Source: an uncultured Clostridia bacterium (GTDB taxonomy: Bacteria > Bacillota > Clostridia > TANB77 > CAG-508). From it: DNA of 64,000 nucleotides. The notes under the pieces were generated by a model. That model was not told the origin of the DNA. It saw nothing but the letters and a program-made list of their open reading frames with translations, and ran no database searches. Location of the stretch: NCBI GenBank assembly GCA_963558405.1, contig CAUWGC010000002.1:40852-104851 (forward strand), in the 5' to 3' direction. Of the stretch, positions 1 to 8,246 are shown piece by piece (position 1 is the stretch's first letter; each line of letters begins with the position of its first letter). The translations under genes were made by a program, and so were the position numbers.

Positions 1-36
1 ATTTTATTCCAGTCCATCTGTTTCTCCTTTTATTTT

Positions 37-390
37 TTATAATATACATTTCCATTTATCTTCTTTAAATCCAATCAAAACAATATTACCTGATATAAAT
101 ATTGGTCTTTTGATAAGCATTCCGTCACTTGCTAATAATTCTACTTTTTCTTTATCACTCATATTTGATAATTTTTCTTTTAGATTTAGCTCTTTATATT
201 TTAGACCGCTTGTATTAAACCATTTTTTTATATCAAGCTCGCTTTCTTTTATCCACTCTGTTAATTCTTTTACTGTAGGTGTCTCTTCAATTATATGTCT
301 ATCTTCAAATTCTATATTATTTTCTTCTAGCCATTTCTTAGCTTTTTTACAAGTAGAACATTTTGGGTATTCTATAAATAAATTTTTCAT
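37..390 (-). CDS. ArsC/Spx-family thioredoxin-fold protein
   Basis: The N-terminal motif YPKCSTCKKAKKWLEENNIEFEDR gives a CxxC pair in the arrangement typical of the ArsC/Spx/YffB family. The 117-aa length fits. Confidence 0.55.
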   Translation of the reverse strand: MKNLFIEYPKCSTCKKAKKWLEENNIEFEDRHIIEETPTVKELTEWIKESELDIKKWFNTSGLKYKELNLKEKLSNMSDKEKVELLASDGMLIKRPIFISGNIVLIGFKEDKWKCIL

Positions 391-400
391 AACTGACCTC

Positions 401-793
401 CTATAAATTATATTCCCATAAACTTAATTTACCTTTGGCTTCTATTGGTTCATCAAATATTTGTATATCAGTAAGTTGCCATGCATATTTTTCTGTAAAT
501 GTACTTTTAGCATAAATATCATTATTTTCTTTTAAACACATATCTTTAAATTCTTGATTACACTTTATACAATCTACTAATTTGACTTTTCCTAATATTT
601 TTCCCATTATTAATTTTTCTGGAAGATATTTTTTAAGTCTATTGCAAGCTTCTTTATCTATATTTTTTCCTGCATGTATTAATAATTCTCCTCTATATTT
701 TGTTTGCCAACTTCTAAATTCGAATCTTTTATTCCCTTGCATTATTAGTGTTGCCCAAGGTTGTCTAATTGTTAATACTTTCATGTGTATCAA
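401..793 (-). CDS. ASCH domain protein
   Basis: The N-terminal LTIRQPWATLI is the usual ASCH-domain signature. The ORF is 130 aa. Confidence 0.55.
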   Translation of the reverse strand: MIHMKVLTIRQPWATLIMQGNKRFEFRSWQTKYRGELLIHAGKNIDKEACNRLKKYLPEKLIMGKILGKVKLVDCIKCNQEFKDMCLKENNDIYAKSTFTEKYAWQLTDIQIFDEPIEAKGKLSLWEYNL

Positions 794-1019
794 ACTCCTA
801 CACTAAATGTTTTTATTTATTCATTAACTCTAATTTTTACAATATATTTATATCATAAAATAATATTTTCCTCAATGATTTATGTTATTTTTAAATACAT
901 TTCTAAAATATTTTTCTTAATTATCTAGATTATTGGAATGAGAAGTATTATAGGAATGGGGTTGTGAATGGTTCTCAGTTAGTTATGGGATGTTTTGAGG
1001 AATAGTTAATTTACAATTA

Positions 1020-2075
1020 CTAATTTATTATCCATTCACCATTTTTTTTGCCATTTTTTCTTTCTATTATACCCTTTTCTTGCATTTCTGCCATATAAGT
1101 TTTTACAGTTCTTACAGATTTATTAATCTGTCTTGATATTTCTTCTTGAGTAGTTGCTGGATTTATTTTTAATATATTTACTATTGCCTGTTCTTCTAAA
1201 GTGCAATTATTGCCTTTTAAATCATTTTCATTTGCACTTTGAATATTATCTATATGTGTATACCTATTCTTTAATTCATAATTAGCATTTGTTAGCATGT
1301 TATAAAAGAATTTTTGTAAAAATGAAGTATCCTCGAATACATTTTTTTCAAAATTTTTGTAATTAGCTCTTACTAATGAATTTCTAAAATACCATGAATT
1401 TTCTGCAAATACTTCATCATTAATATTAAATCCAAAAGTTCTTAAATATTTTATCATAAACACTGCCGTTGTTCTTGTATTTCCTTCACAAAAAGGATGT
1501 ACTTGCCATATATTTGATGTAAATCTACATAAATGTTTAATAGATTCATCTAAGCTTAAACCTTTATATGAGAAATTTTTTTCTTGTTCAAAATCATATT
1601 CTAGTGCTTCTTTTATAATATCAAATGATGCATATATTACTGTATCTCCATTTAATACCCATTCTTTTTTAATAAAGTTATAATCCCTGTATATTCCTGC
1701 CCCATCAAATATATCTTTAAATAATCTTTTATGAATATTTAATAGTTCTGTTGGCGAAAAATTGAATGCTTTTTCGCTCAATATTTCTGTTATTCTTACT
1801 GCAACTTTATCTGCTTCTTCACTCTCTCTTTCAAAGTTTTTTCTACTTCCTTGAACTTCATAATATTCATCTATTCTTGTTTTTGCTTCTTCAATATCTA
1901 TTGTTCCTTCAATATGCTCTTTAGCAGTTTTAATTAAGTATTTTGAAGGCTTTAATCCATCTACATCTTGCAAACCTATAGCTGTTTCCCATGTTTTAGT
2001 CTTTTCTACTCTATTTGGCTCACCTTGTTTAATATATTCTGATAATTCTAAATTCCAATCTTTTTTTTTATCCAT
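1020..2075 (-). CDS. Fic/Doc-family protein with divergent active-site motif and C-terminal wHTH
   Basis: It has HPFCEGNTRTTAVF in place of the canonical HPFx(D/E)GNGRxxR, with Thr instead of the second Gly and no terminal Arg. The C-terminus is HTH-like (VRTVKTYMAEMQEKGIIER). Confidence 0.7.
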   Translation of the reverse strand: MDKKKDWNLELSEYIKQGEPNRVEKTKTWETAIGLQDVDGLKPSKYLIKTAKEHIEGTIDIEEAKTRIDEYYEVQGSRKNFERESEEADKVAVRITEILSEKAFNFSPTELLNIHKRLFKDIFDGAGIYRDYNFIKKEWVLNGDTVIYASFDIIKEALEYDFEQEKNFSYKGLSLDESIKHLCRFTSNIWQVHPFCEGNTRTTAVFMIKYLRTFGFNINDEVFAENSWYFRNSLVRANYKNFEKNVFEDTSFLQKFFYNMLTNANYELKNRYTHIDNIQSANENDLKGNNCTLEEQAIVNILKINPATTQEEISRQINKSVRTVKTYMAEMQEKGIIERKNGKKNGEWIIN

Positions 2076-2131
2076 TAGAAATACCTCCTACATATATATT
2101 ATATCAATTATCAGATGTATTATCAATATTT

Positions 2132-2154
2132 TAAAGTGCAAATTTTGCACTTTA
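2132..2154. promoter_or_regulatory. 23-bp perfect palindrome (TAAAGTGCAAATTTTGCACTTTA) plus an extra half-site at 2161-2173, upstream of the Fic gene
   Basis: I checked the reverse complement directly. The half-site AAAGTTTGCACTT repeats about 10 bp downstream. This looks like an operator. Confidence 0.45.
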
Positions 2155-2551
2155 AAATATAAAGTTTGCACTTATACTTATTATCATTTTGCAATTTTGC
2201 GTTAATATTCAAATTAAAAAATTTTTTTCAAAATTTTAAAAAAACTTTGGATTTTGAAATGTTTTTTTCAAATTTATGTTACATTTCAAATGAAATTTCA
2301 GGCATTTCTAAAATATTTTGTTATAATTATTTATAAATGTAGATTATTGTTTTATAATTTTATTATAAAAATCTATTGAAGTACTTATTATAGCTACCTC
2401 TTTATCTTCAAATAATTTATATCTATTATTCATCTTTTGTATTAAATCTTCAGTTACAATCTTATCATTAAAATCCTTTCCTGGAGTTCTCGCTACTCTT
2501 TTTTATACTTGGTTTTCTCATTCCAAACTTCATAAGATAATCTCCATTTTA

Positions 2552-3274
2552 CTATGATTTCTTATATTTTTTATATCCCCAGTAAGTTCCTCCACCTAGT
2601 GCTCCTAATGTTATAACTCCTACTAAAGGATTTGAATCTTCTTCGTTATCTGTTATTGTATTATTATTAATATTATTTTTATTTATTGTAGATATCTTTA
2701 CACCATTTTCTATCTTTTGCTCTTCTTTTATATTTATTTTTATTGTATTTGTTTTCCCATTAGAACTACTTGCAGTTATCTCAACTGTTCCGGCTTTTTT
2801 TGCTACAATTTCTCCACTAGAACTAATCGTAGCAATATTATCATCGCTTGACTTCCATGTAATATTCTTCTCTGTTACATTTTCTGGTATTATTGTAGCT
2901 GTTAACTTTTGACTTTCTCCTTCTTTCATACTCGTTATATTTTCATTTATTTTAATATCTGTTGCTACTATTGTAGCTTGTACTGTAGATGTCTCTTTAG
3001 TATTTGATGTACTATTTTGAATTGATGATGAACTAGAAGAATATGGACAAACCCCATTTGTATGTAAATGGGCTGGATATCCCCCACAATGGTAATGATA
3101 ACTTCCTAGTCCACTTTTATTTTTGTTATCTTTATGTCCACCACTTGAATCTGTTCTTCCTGAATGACCATATGCATTAACTCCTATTGATATTATGCTT
3201 AAAGCAATTACTAAAATTGATAATTTTTTTACCTTGTTTTTCCTCATATATATCCCCCTTAAATAGTATATCAA
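2552..3274 (-). CDS. secreted/membrane-anchored protein with YHYH motif and Big_2 (bacterial Ig-like) domain
   Basis: It has an N-terminal signal/TM segment, then YHYHCGGYPAHLH, then a Big_2-like segment (ITWKSSDDNIATISSSGEIVAKKAGTVEITASS), and a C-terminal hydrophobic anchor. Confidence 0.5.
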   Translation of the reverse strand: MIYYLRGIYMRKNKVKKLSILVIALSIISIGVNAYGHSGRTDSSGGHKDNKNKSGLGSYHYHCGGYPAHLHTNGVCPYSSSSSSIQNSTSNTKETSTVQATIVATDIKINENITSMKEGESQKLTATIIPENVTEKNITWKSSDDNIATISSSGEIVAKKAGTVEITASSSNGKTNTIKINIKEEQKIENGVKISTINKNNINNNTITDNEEDSNPLVGVITLGALGGGTYWGYKKYKKS

Positions 3275-3571
3275 CTTTTTATTGCAAAATTTGTCGAACG
3301 TTGCAAGTAAAATATAAATTTCGACAAACTATAACATCTTATTTTTCTATAAGTCTATATTTGCTATCCTATTATAAAATTTTTTTACTATAAGTCAGTT
3401 TTCTACATTATATGACATCCAGTTTGTATTATAATTATGTTGACTTTTTATTGTTTTATTTCTAAGATTTGTTATCATACTTAACTTCAATAAATTATTT
3501 TTAGTCCATAGAAAATATTAATGATTATATTTGTTAGATTCTTCATTAATATTTTCTTTTTCTATTTGGTT

Positions 3572-3588
3572 GACCTTCGGGTTATGAG
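3572..3588. repeat. attL core (17-bp direct repeat)
   Basis: It is identical to 45152-45168. Confidence 0.6.
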
Positions 3589-3647
3589 GAGATAAAGTCA
3601 TAATCTCAAAGCCCTTTATTCTCATAGGTTTGGAGATTTATTTTTTG

Positions 3648-3672
3648 TTTATACCCTTTATTTACCCTTTAT
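3648..3672. repeat. arm-type integrase-binding repeat (TTTATACCCTTTATTTACCCTTTAT)
   Basis: It is identical to 44998-45022 and consists of tandem ACCCTTTAT units. A third CCCTTTAT lies at 3613-3620. Confidence 0.5.
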
Positions 3673-3699
3673 CTTGTTTTATATACCTCTATATGCTTT

Positions 3700-4893
3700 T
3701 TAATCCATTTGTAAATCATCTAAATAAGCTTCTAATCTGTTCATTTGGGATAACTTAACTTGTCCTAATATATGGACATATATGTCTGCTGTTGTACTAT
3801 AACTAGCATGACCTAAAATTTCTTGCAAAACTCTTAAATCTATTCCTGCCTCAATAGATCTTGTTGCAAAAGTATGTCTTAATTCGTGAATTCCTACTTT
3901 TCTAAAATTATGGCTTTCACAAATTTGCTGACAATGTTTTCTTAAATATTCTGAATTTATTGGATTATTACACTTTGTTTTAAATATAAAATCATTTTCG
4001 TTAAATCCATCTCCTAATTCAGCAAGTGTTTCACTTTCATTTATTTTTTCTTCTTTATATTCTTTTAAAATTCTTATTACTTTATCTAGCATAGGAACAA
4101 CTCTATAACTGTTTTCTGTTTTTACATCTGTTACTTTTCGTTCTCTTTTTATCTTATTTAAATCATCATCATAAGTTGTAACTTTTTGAACTCCCCTTCT
4201 TACATAAAGAGCTTTATTTTCAAAATCAATATCTTTCCAAGTAAGTCCACTTAGTTCTCCTGCTCTTAATCCTGTATTTACTAAAACAATATATGCTGTT
4301 CCCATTGTGTGTTCTTTCATAAATCCTTCAAATATCTTTTGTTCCTCTTTAGTCATTATTTTTAGTTCTTTTCTTCTCATAGAAGGTAACTTTAATTTCT
4401 TTGTAGGATTCATTGTCATTAATCTACACATCATTGCATCATCAAAGCACATTTTTAATATGCTATTATAATGTCTTAATGATTTAGGCGATTTTCCTTC
4501 TTTTTGTAATTGACTAATAAATTTTTGTAAATGATATAACTCTATTTTTTGCAACTGCATATTACCTAAATACTCAATTATTTTCTTAGTTTTTTCAACA
4601 TACCCTTGATATGTTCTAGGCGAAATATAAGGCTTTTTATAAATTTTCATCCACTCTTTAATCCATTCTTCGAGTGTAACATTATTATTTTCTATAAAAT
4701 AATTATCATCCTTTTGCCTTCTCATTTCTTGCATTTTTTCTACTACAACTCTTTGAGTTTTCCCATATACAGAAACTTGTTTATTTTTACCATTTACACA
4801 AACTGTTACCCTCCCTTCATAACTATTTCCTCTTTTTCTTATTGTGCCTTCGCCTTTAATTCTTCTTGAAACTTTATCTTTACTCTTACTCAT
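3700..4893 (-). CDS. int: tyrosine site-specific integrase
   Basis: The C-terminal catalytic region reads HELRHTFATRSIEAGIDLRVLQEILGHASYSTTADIYVH. There is an N-terminal SAM-like domain. It sits next to the att core. Confidence 0.9.
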   Translation of the reverse strand: MSKSKDKVSRRIKGEGTIRKRGNSYEGRVTVCVNGKNKQVSVYGKTQRVVVEKMQEMRRQKDDNYFIENNNVTLEEWIKEWMKIYKKPYISPRTYQGYVEKTKKIIEYLGNMQLQKIELYHLQKFISQLQKEGKSPKSLRHYNSILKMCFDDAMMCRLMTMNPTKKLKLPSMRRKELKIMTKEEQKIFEGFMKEHTMGTAYIVLVNTGLRAGELSGLTWKDIDFENKALYVRRGVQKVTTYDDDLNKIKRERKVTDVKTENSYRVVPMLDKVIRILKEYKEEKINESETLAELGDGFNENDFIFKTKCNNPINSEYLRKHCQQICESHNFRKVGIHELRHTFATRSIEAGIDLRVLQEILGHASYSTTADIYVHILGQVKLSQMNRLEAYLDDLQMD

Positions 4894-4986
4894 TATCTCC
4901 CTCCCATAAAAAAGGGACTTATAATAATGGTAATTTAATATTGCTCATCCACTATTATAAATCCTATATCGTTTCAACTCCAAACC

Positions 4987-5172
4987 CTAAACAATAATTC
5001 TTCCTGAATTTTTATCAAACCATTCAATCATCTTAGGCTTGTTTATTACGATTCTTCTTTCAAATTTTATGCAAGGAAAATCTTTTAATTTAGTCAGTTC
5101 TGCCATAAGCTGTTTACTTATTCCTAATATTTCAGAAGCCTCTTGTATATTTATTCCTATTTTTTCATCCAT
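4987..5172 (-). CDS. xis: excisionase / AlpA-like HTH DNA-binding protein
   Basis: It is a 61-aa protein with an HTH (IQEASEILGISKQLMAELTK). It lies immediately upstream of int, in Xis position. Confidence 0.55.
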   Translation of the reverse strand: MDEKIGINIQEASEILGISKQLMAELTKLKDFPCIKFERRIVINKPKMIEWFDKNSGRIIV

Positions 5173-5384
5173 ATAGCAGATCCTCCTTCTTTTAATATTT
5201 CTTCAGCTTTTTTAACTGCCTCTCTTGGAGAATATAATTTCATCACACATTCAATTTCATCATTTAATAATTTTACACTTAAATCATTTGGTGCTACTCC
5301 TAAAGTATTTAAAGCAATAACTGCATAAGCTCTAGCTTGTTTTACAGTAACAGTTTTTACATTATTTAATTTCATTTTTATCAA
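5157..5384 (-). CDS. hypothetical small protein
   Basis: This is a 75-aa ORF between the regulatory region and xis-int. I recognise no motif. Confidence 0.3.
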   Translation of the reverse strand: MIKMKLNNVKTVTVKQARAYAVIALNTLGVAPNDLSVKLLNDEIECVMKLYSPREAVKKAEEILKEGGSAIWMKK

Positions 5385-5718
5385 TTCCTTTCACTTATAA
5401 ATTTTTTAATTAGTTACAAGCGAATTTAGTATCATTCACATAGGAATTGCACCTCTCCGTTTCCACCGAGCGACTCCTCAACTAAATTAAGCCGAGTCGA
5501 AGTATCATTATCACACTAATATAGATCTTCGCCTACATAAACTTACCATCGTTTACTTTTTCCCTCGTTATAGTCGCTATTTACTTTAAATTAACCTTCG
5601 CCTTCTTGGAGCTACCTACATTAGTTAAAGTCTTGTAACTAATATATTCACTTGTCAATGTTCATAGCAAATCTCACTTGCTACTCACATTGGCGAAAAA
5701 AATTTTAAAATGTCCCGA

Positions 5719-5949
5719 TTATTTTAAAAATTTTTTAATTTCTTTTATTGCTTTAAATTTTTCAATATTGTCAAAGACTCTATCTTCAATATATTCCTTA
5801 CATTCTTGATTAAATTTACCTTTTATATATGATTCTTTATTTATCAAAGGCTCAAATAAAATAAGAATCTCAAATTTTGATTTTGTATCTCCATTTACAG
5901 CTTTTTCAATAACATTAAATAATTCTTTATTACTCATCTCAATTTTCAT
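5719..5949 (-). CDS. hypothetical small protein (possible sigma-factor partner/region-2-like)
   Basis: A 76-aa ORF that ends 3 bp from the upstream sigma-like gene, so translation looks coupled. Confidence 0.35.
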   Translation of the reverse strand: MKIEMSNKELFNVIEKAVNGDTKSKFEILILFEPLINKESYIKGKFNQECKEYIEDRVFDNIEKFKAIKEIKKFLK

Positions 5950-5951
5950 TT

Positions 5952-6410
5952 CTATTCTCCTAACATTTTCTTTATTTTAGATTTAATAATACTTTTTTTA
6001 TTTCTAATTGTCTTTTCCGTTAAATTCATTTTATTAGCAATTTCTTTACTGCTATATTCATCAATACTTAATGCTAATATTTTCTTTTCATCTTGTGTTA
6101 AATTATGAATTGCTAATTTTAATTTCTTATTTGTAGTAATATCTTCTAATTCTCTTATTTCTGATATTTTTAAATCTTCAAAAGCAAAAAAAGAGTCGCT
6201 ATCATACAATGACAACGACACATTTCTGTCCACAAAATCAGTAAAAGTAATTTCTTTTACTGCTCCACTATCAACCTTTCTTGCAAAATCAATCGCAGAA
6301 TGTTTTACTACTTTTTTTACATATACTTTAAATGCCCTTACAACATACTCAACTTCACTTTCTGAATATTCTCTAGCACTCATAAAGATTACCTCCGTTC
6401 TAGGACACAC
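5952..6410 (-). CDS. sigma-70 region-4-like HTH protein (ICE regulatory sigma-like factor)
   Basis: The C-terminus LTQDEKKILALSIDEYSSKEIANKMNLTEKTIRNKKSIIKSKIKKML is a sigma-70 r4-type HTH. The true ATG is probably at 6383, where a GGAGG RBS precedes it. Confidence 0.6.
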   Translation of the reverse strand: MCPRTEVIFMSAREYSESEVEYVVRAFKVYVKKVVKHSAIDFARKVDSGAVKEITFTDFVDRNVSLSLYDSDSFFAFEDLKISEIRELEDITTNKKLKLAIHNLTQDEKKILALSIDEYSSKEIANKMNLTEKTIRNKKSIIKSKIKKMLGE

Positions 6411-6673
6411 TAAAGCCCATACAACGGAGGCAATATAAAAACATTACCTGAAAATATTTATTTTATATTATAAGAATTTTCAAAATCCTGTATCTATTCA
6501 TAATAAAAATCTCCTTTTAAACAAATAATCCATAATTGCCAAAGCATATAAAAATTCCATCCTTAGTCTTTTCTTAACACATCAACCTTAGTGTAAAATT
6601 ACATTACCTCGTATTTATGGACTATTTGTCCTGCTTAATATAATAGAACTTTTTAGCAAAATTTCATCAAAAT

Positions 6674-6721
6674 TGCTGAAAGGAACTGAAAAAGTGCTGA
6701 AAAATGCTGAAAAATGCTGAA
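6674..6721 (+). repeat. five direct repeats of (T)GCTGAAA with a 10-11 bp period
   Basis: Units lie at 6674, 6685 (degenerate), 6695, 6705 and 6715. The spacing matches a helical-turn period. They are upstream of the promoter of the Spo0A-like gene. Confidence 0.5.
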
Positions 6722-6726
6722 ATCCT

Positions 6727-6753
6727 TGTCGAATTATAGGAAGTTGTGTCGAT
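6727..6753 (+). promoter_or_regulatory. 0A-box-like sites: TGTCGAA (6727-6733) and TGTCGAT (6747-6753)
   Basis: The first matches the Spo0A box consensus TGNCGAA exactly. Both lie just upstream of the -35 of the Spo0A-like gene. Confidence 0.4.
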
Positions 6754-6757
6754 TAGA

Positions 6758-6786
6758 TTGAAACTTAACATAAAAAATGATATAAT
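6758..6786 (+). promoter_or_regulatory. sigma-A-type promoter: TTGAAA, 17-bp spacer, TATAAT
   Basis: The hexamers read directly from the sequence. The promoter is about 70 bp upstream of the 6855 start codon. Confidence 0.5.
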
Positions 6787-6854
6787 AAAACCCAGTTAGA
6801 TAAGCTAATTGAGAGCTTTTATACACTAATTGTAATTTTAATGGAGGGAATTAA

Positions 6855-7562
6855 ATGATTGAAGTTATGATTGCAGATGATAATACAGCACTTTGTGAAA
6901 GCTGTTTCAAATTTCTAACAAAAGATAAAGAAATAAAAATTGTTTCGTATGCCTTAAATGGCGAAGAAACACTAGAAAAATACTTTGAATTTAAACCTGA
7001 TGTATTATTATTAGACTTAGATATGCCTATAATAAGTGGCATTGATGTTATTAACACATTACATAGGTTTTCTGAAGAAAGATCAAAATGTAATATAATT
7101 GTTGTTTCAGGAAGTTATGAAAAATTAAATCAATTATATAATACAGCACAAGTTTTTAGAGTAATACCTAAACCTGCTAATTTTGATTACATATTAGAAA
7201 CAATAAAAGAAGTACCTTTAAAAAGCCAAGAAATAAACCAAAAAGAATTAAAAGAAATTCTAATAGAATTAAGATTAAATGTTTTCTCTACTAGAGTAAA
7301 ACACCTAATATCAGCAATAAATGTAGCATATAAACACCCTTATTTATTGAACAATATAAAAGACTTATATTCAGAAGTTGCAAAAGAATATAATATAAGT
7401 CCGAAAACAGTTAAATGGAGTATTAGAACTTCAATAGACACTTTAAATCGTTCTCTGTCTATTGATAATCTTTGCTCCGTTTTTTCTTTAAAATTTAGAC
7501 CTGATACAGTAACACCAAAATATTTTATAACTTTACTTGTAGAATATTTTGAGCAAGAATAA
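6855..7562 (+). CDS. Spo0A-family response regulator (REC domain + Spo0A_C DNA-binding domain)
   Basis: The REC domain has ADDN, the phospho-acceptor in LLLDLDMP and the lysine in IPKP. The C-terminal domain aligns with B. subtilis Spo0A_C: ILIEL..AI, LLNNIKDLYSEVAKEYNISPKTVKWSIRTSI, and PKYFITLL against PTNSEFIAMI. Confidence 0.75.
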   Translation: MIEVMIADDNTALCESCFKFLTKDKEIKIVSYALNGEETLEKYFEFKPDVLLLDLDMPIISGIDVINTLHRFSEERSKCNIIVVSGSYEKLNQLYNTAQVFRVIPKPANFDYILETIKEVPLKSQEINQKELKEILIELRLNVFSTRVKHLISAINVAYKHPYLLNNIKDLYSEVAKEYNISPKTVKWSIRTSIDTLNRSLSIDNLCSVFSLKFRPDTVTPKYFITLLVEYFEQE

Positions 7563-7717
7563 AGAGCAGAAGTTAATTTTTCTGCTCTACCTTTTTTTAA
7601 TACGGATTTTCTAATCAAATAAACTTTTTCAGCATTCTCAATTATTTACAAGTTTTATAGCTACTTTATGAATTTAAAATCAAATAAAGTTTAACATCAT
7701 TACAGTATATAATATTT

Positions 7718-8218
7718 TTAATTACAAAAATCTTCTTTACAATACTCTGTTCCAAATTTACTTGGAGTAAAATACTTAACTTCCCCATTATCATTAACAG
7801 AAAAAATATGCAAGCATAGAACTTCTGCTATTTCTTTAGGTATTCTTCTTAGAGCTACTTGAGCAGATTCCCAATATAATCCAAGTCCATATTTATAAGC
7901 ATGATTGATTCCTGAGATTTTTCCATCATCTTTTGAAACCGAATATCTTTTTACATCCATTCTTGTTATTATTTGTCCTAAGGCATTAAGCCATCCTTCT
8001 TTATTAACCGATTTAGCCGATTTTGAATATGATTTACCTTTACATTCAATAAAAAAATATTCACTATTTCTTTTACCACCAACTAATTTAATATCAACTC
8101 CGTGTTTATGCAAATCGCTTTTTTCTACTTTTTCTTCGTGCCAATTACCATTTGGTTTATTTATCATAAATTTAATAATTTGCTCTACAACAAATTCTTC
8201 GGTAATTTTCTCATTCAT
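7718..8218 (-). CDS. hypothetical protein, possible PD-(D/E)xK nuclease fold
   Basis: This 166-aa ORF has a D...(E)xK-like arrangement (HGVDIKLV ... EYFFIECKGKS). It is the last gene of the mod-res operon. Confidence 0.3.
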   Translation of the reverse strand: MNEKITEEFVVEQIIKFMINKPNGNWHEEKVEKSDLHKHGVDIKLVGGKRNSEYFFIECKGKSYSKSAKSVNKEGWLNALGQIITRMDVKRYSVSKDDGKISGINHAYKYGLGLYWESAQVALRRIPKEIAEVLCLHIFSVNDNGEVKYFTPSKFGTEYCKEDFCN

Positions 8219-8246
8219 ATTTTATCTCCTCAACAAATTTTAAATC

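Noticed and set aside
2340-2550. A possible degraded minus-strand gene between the Fic and YHYH genes.
   Set aside because: Translation gives only very short ORFs (for example MKFGMRKPSIKKSSENSRKGF) interrupted by stops in all frames. There is not enough evidence to call a pseudogene.
6674-6721. The TGCTGAAA repeat array considered as a CRISPR-like or minisatellite array.
   Set aside because: The units are only 7-9 bp with about 10-bp spacing and no spacer/repeat structure. They sit in a promoter region, so transcription-factor binding is the more sensible reading.
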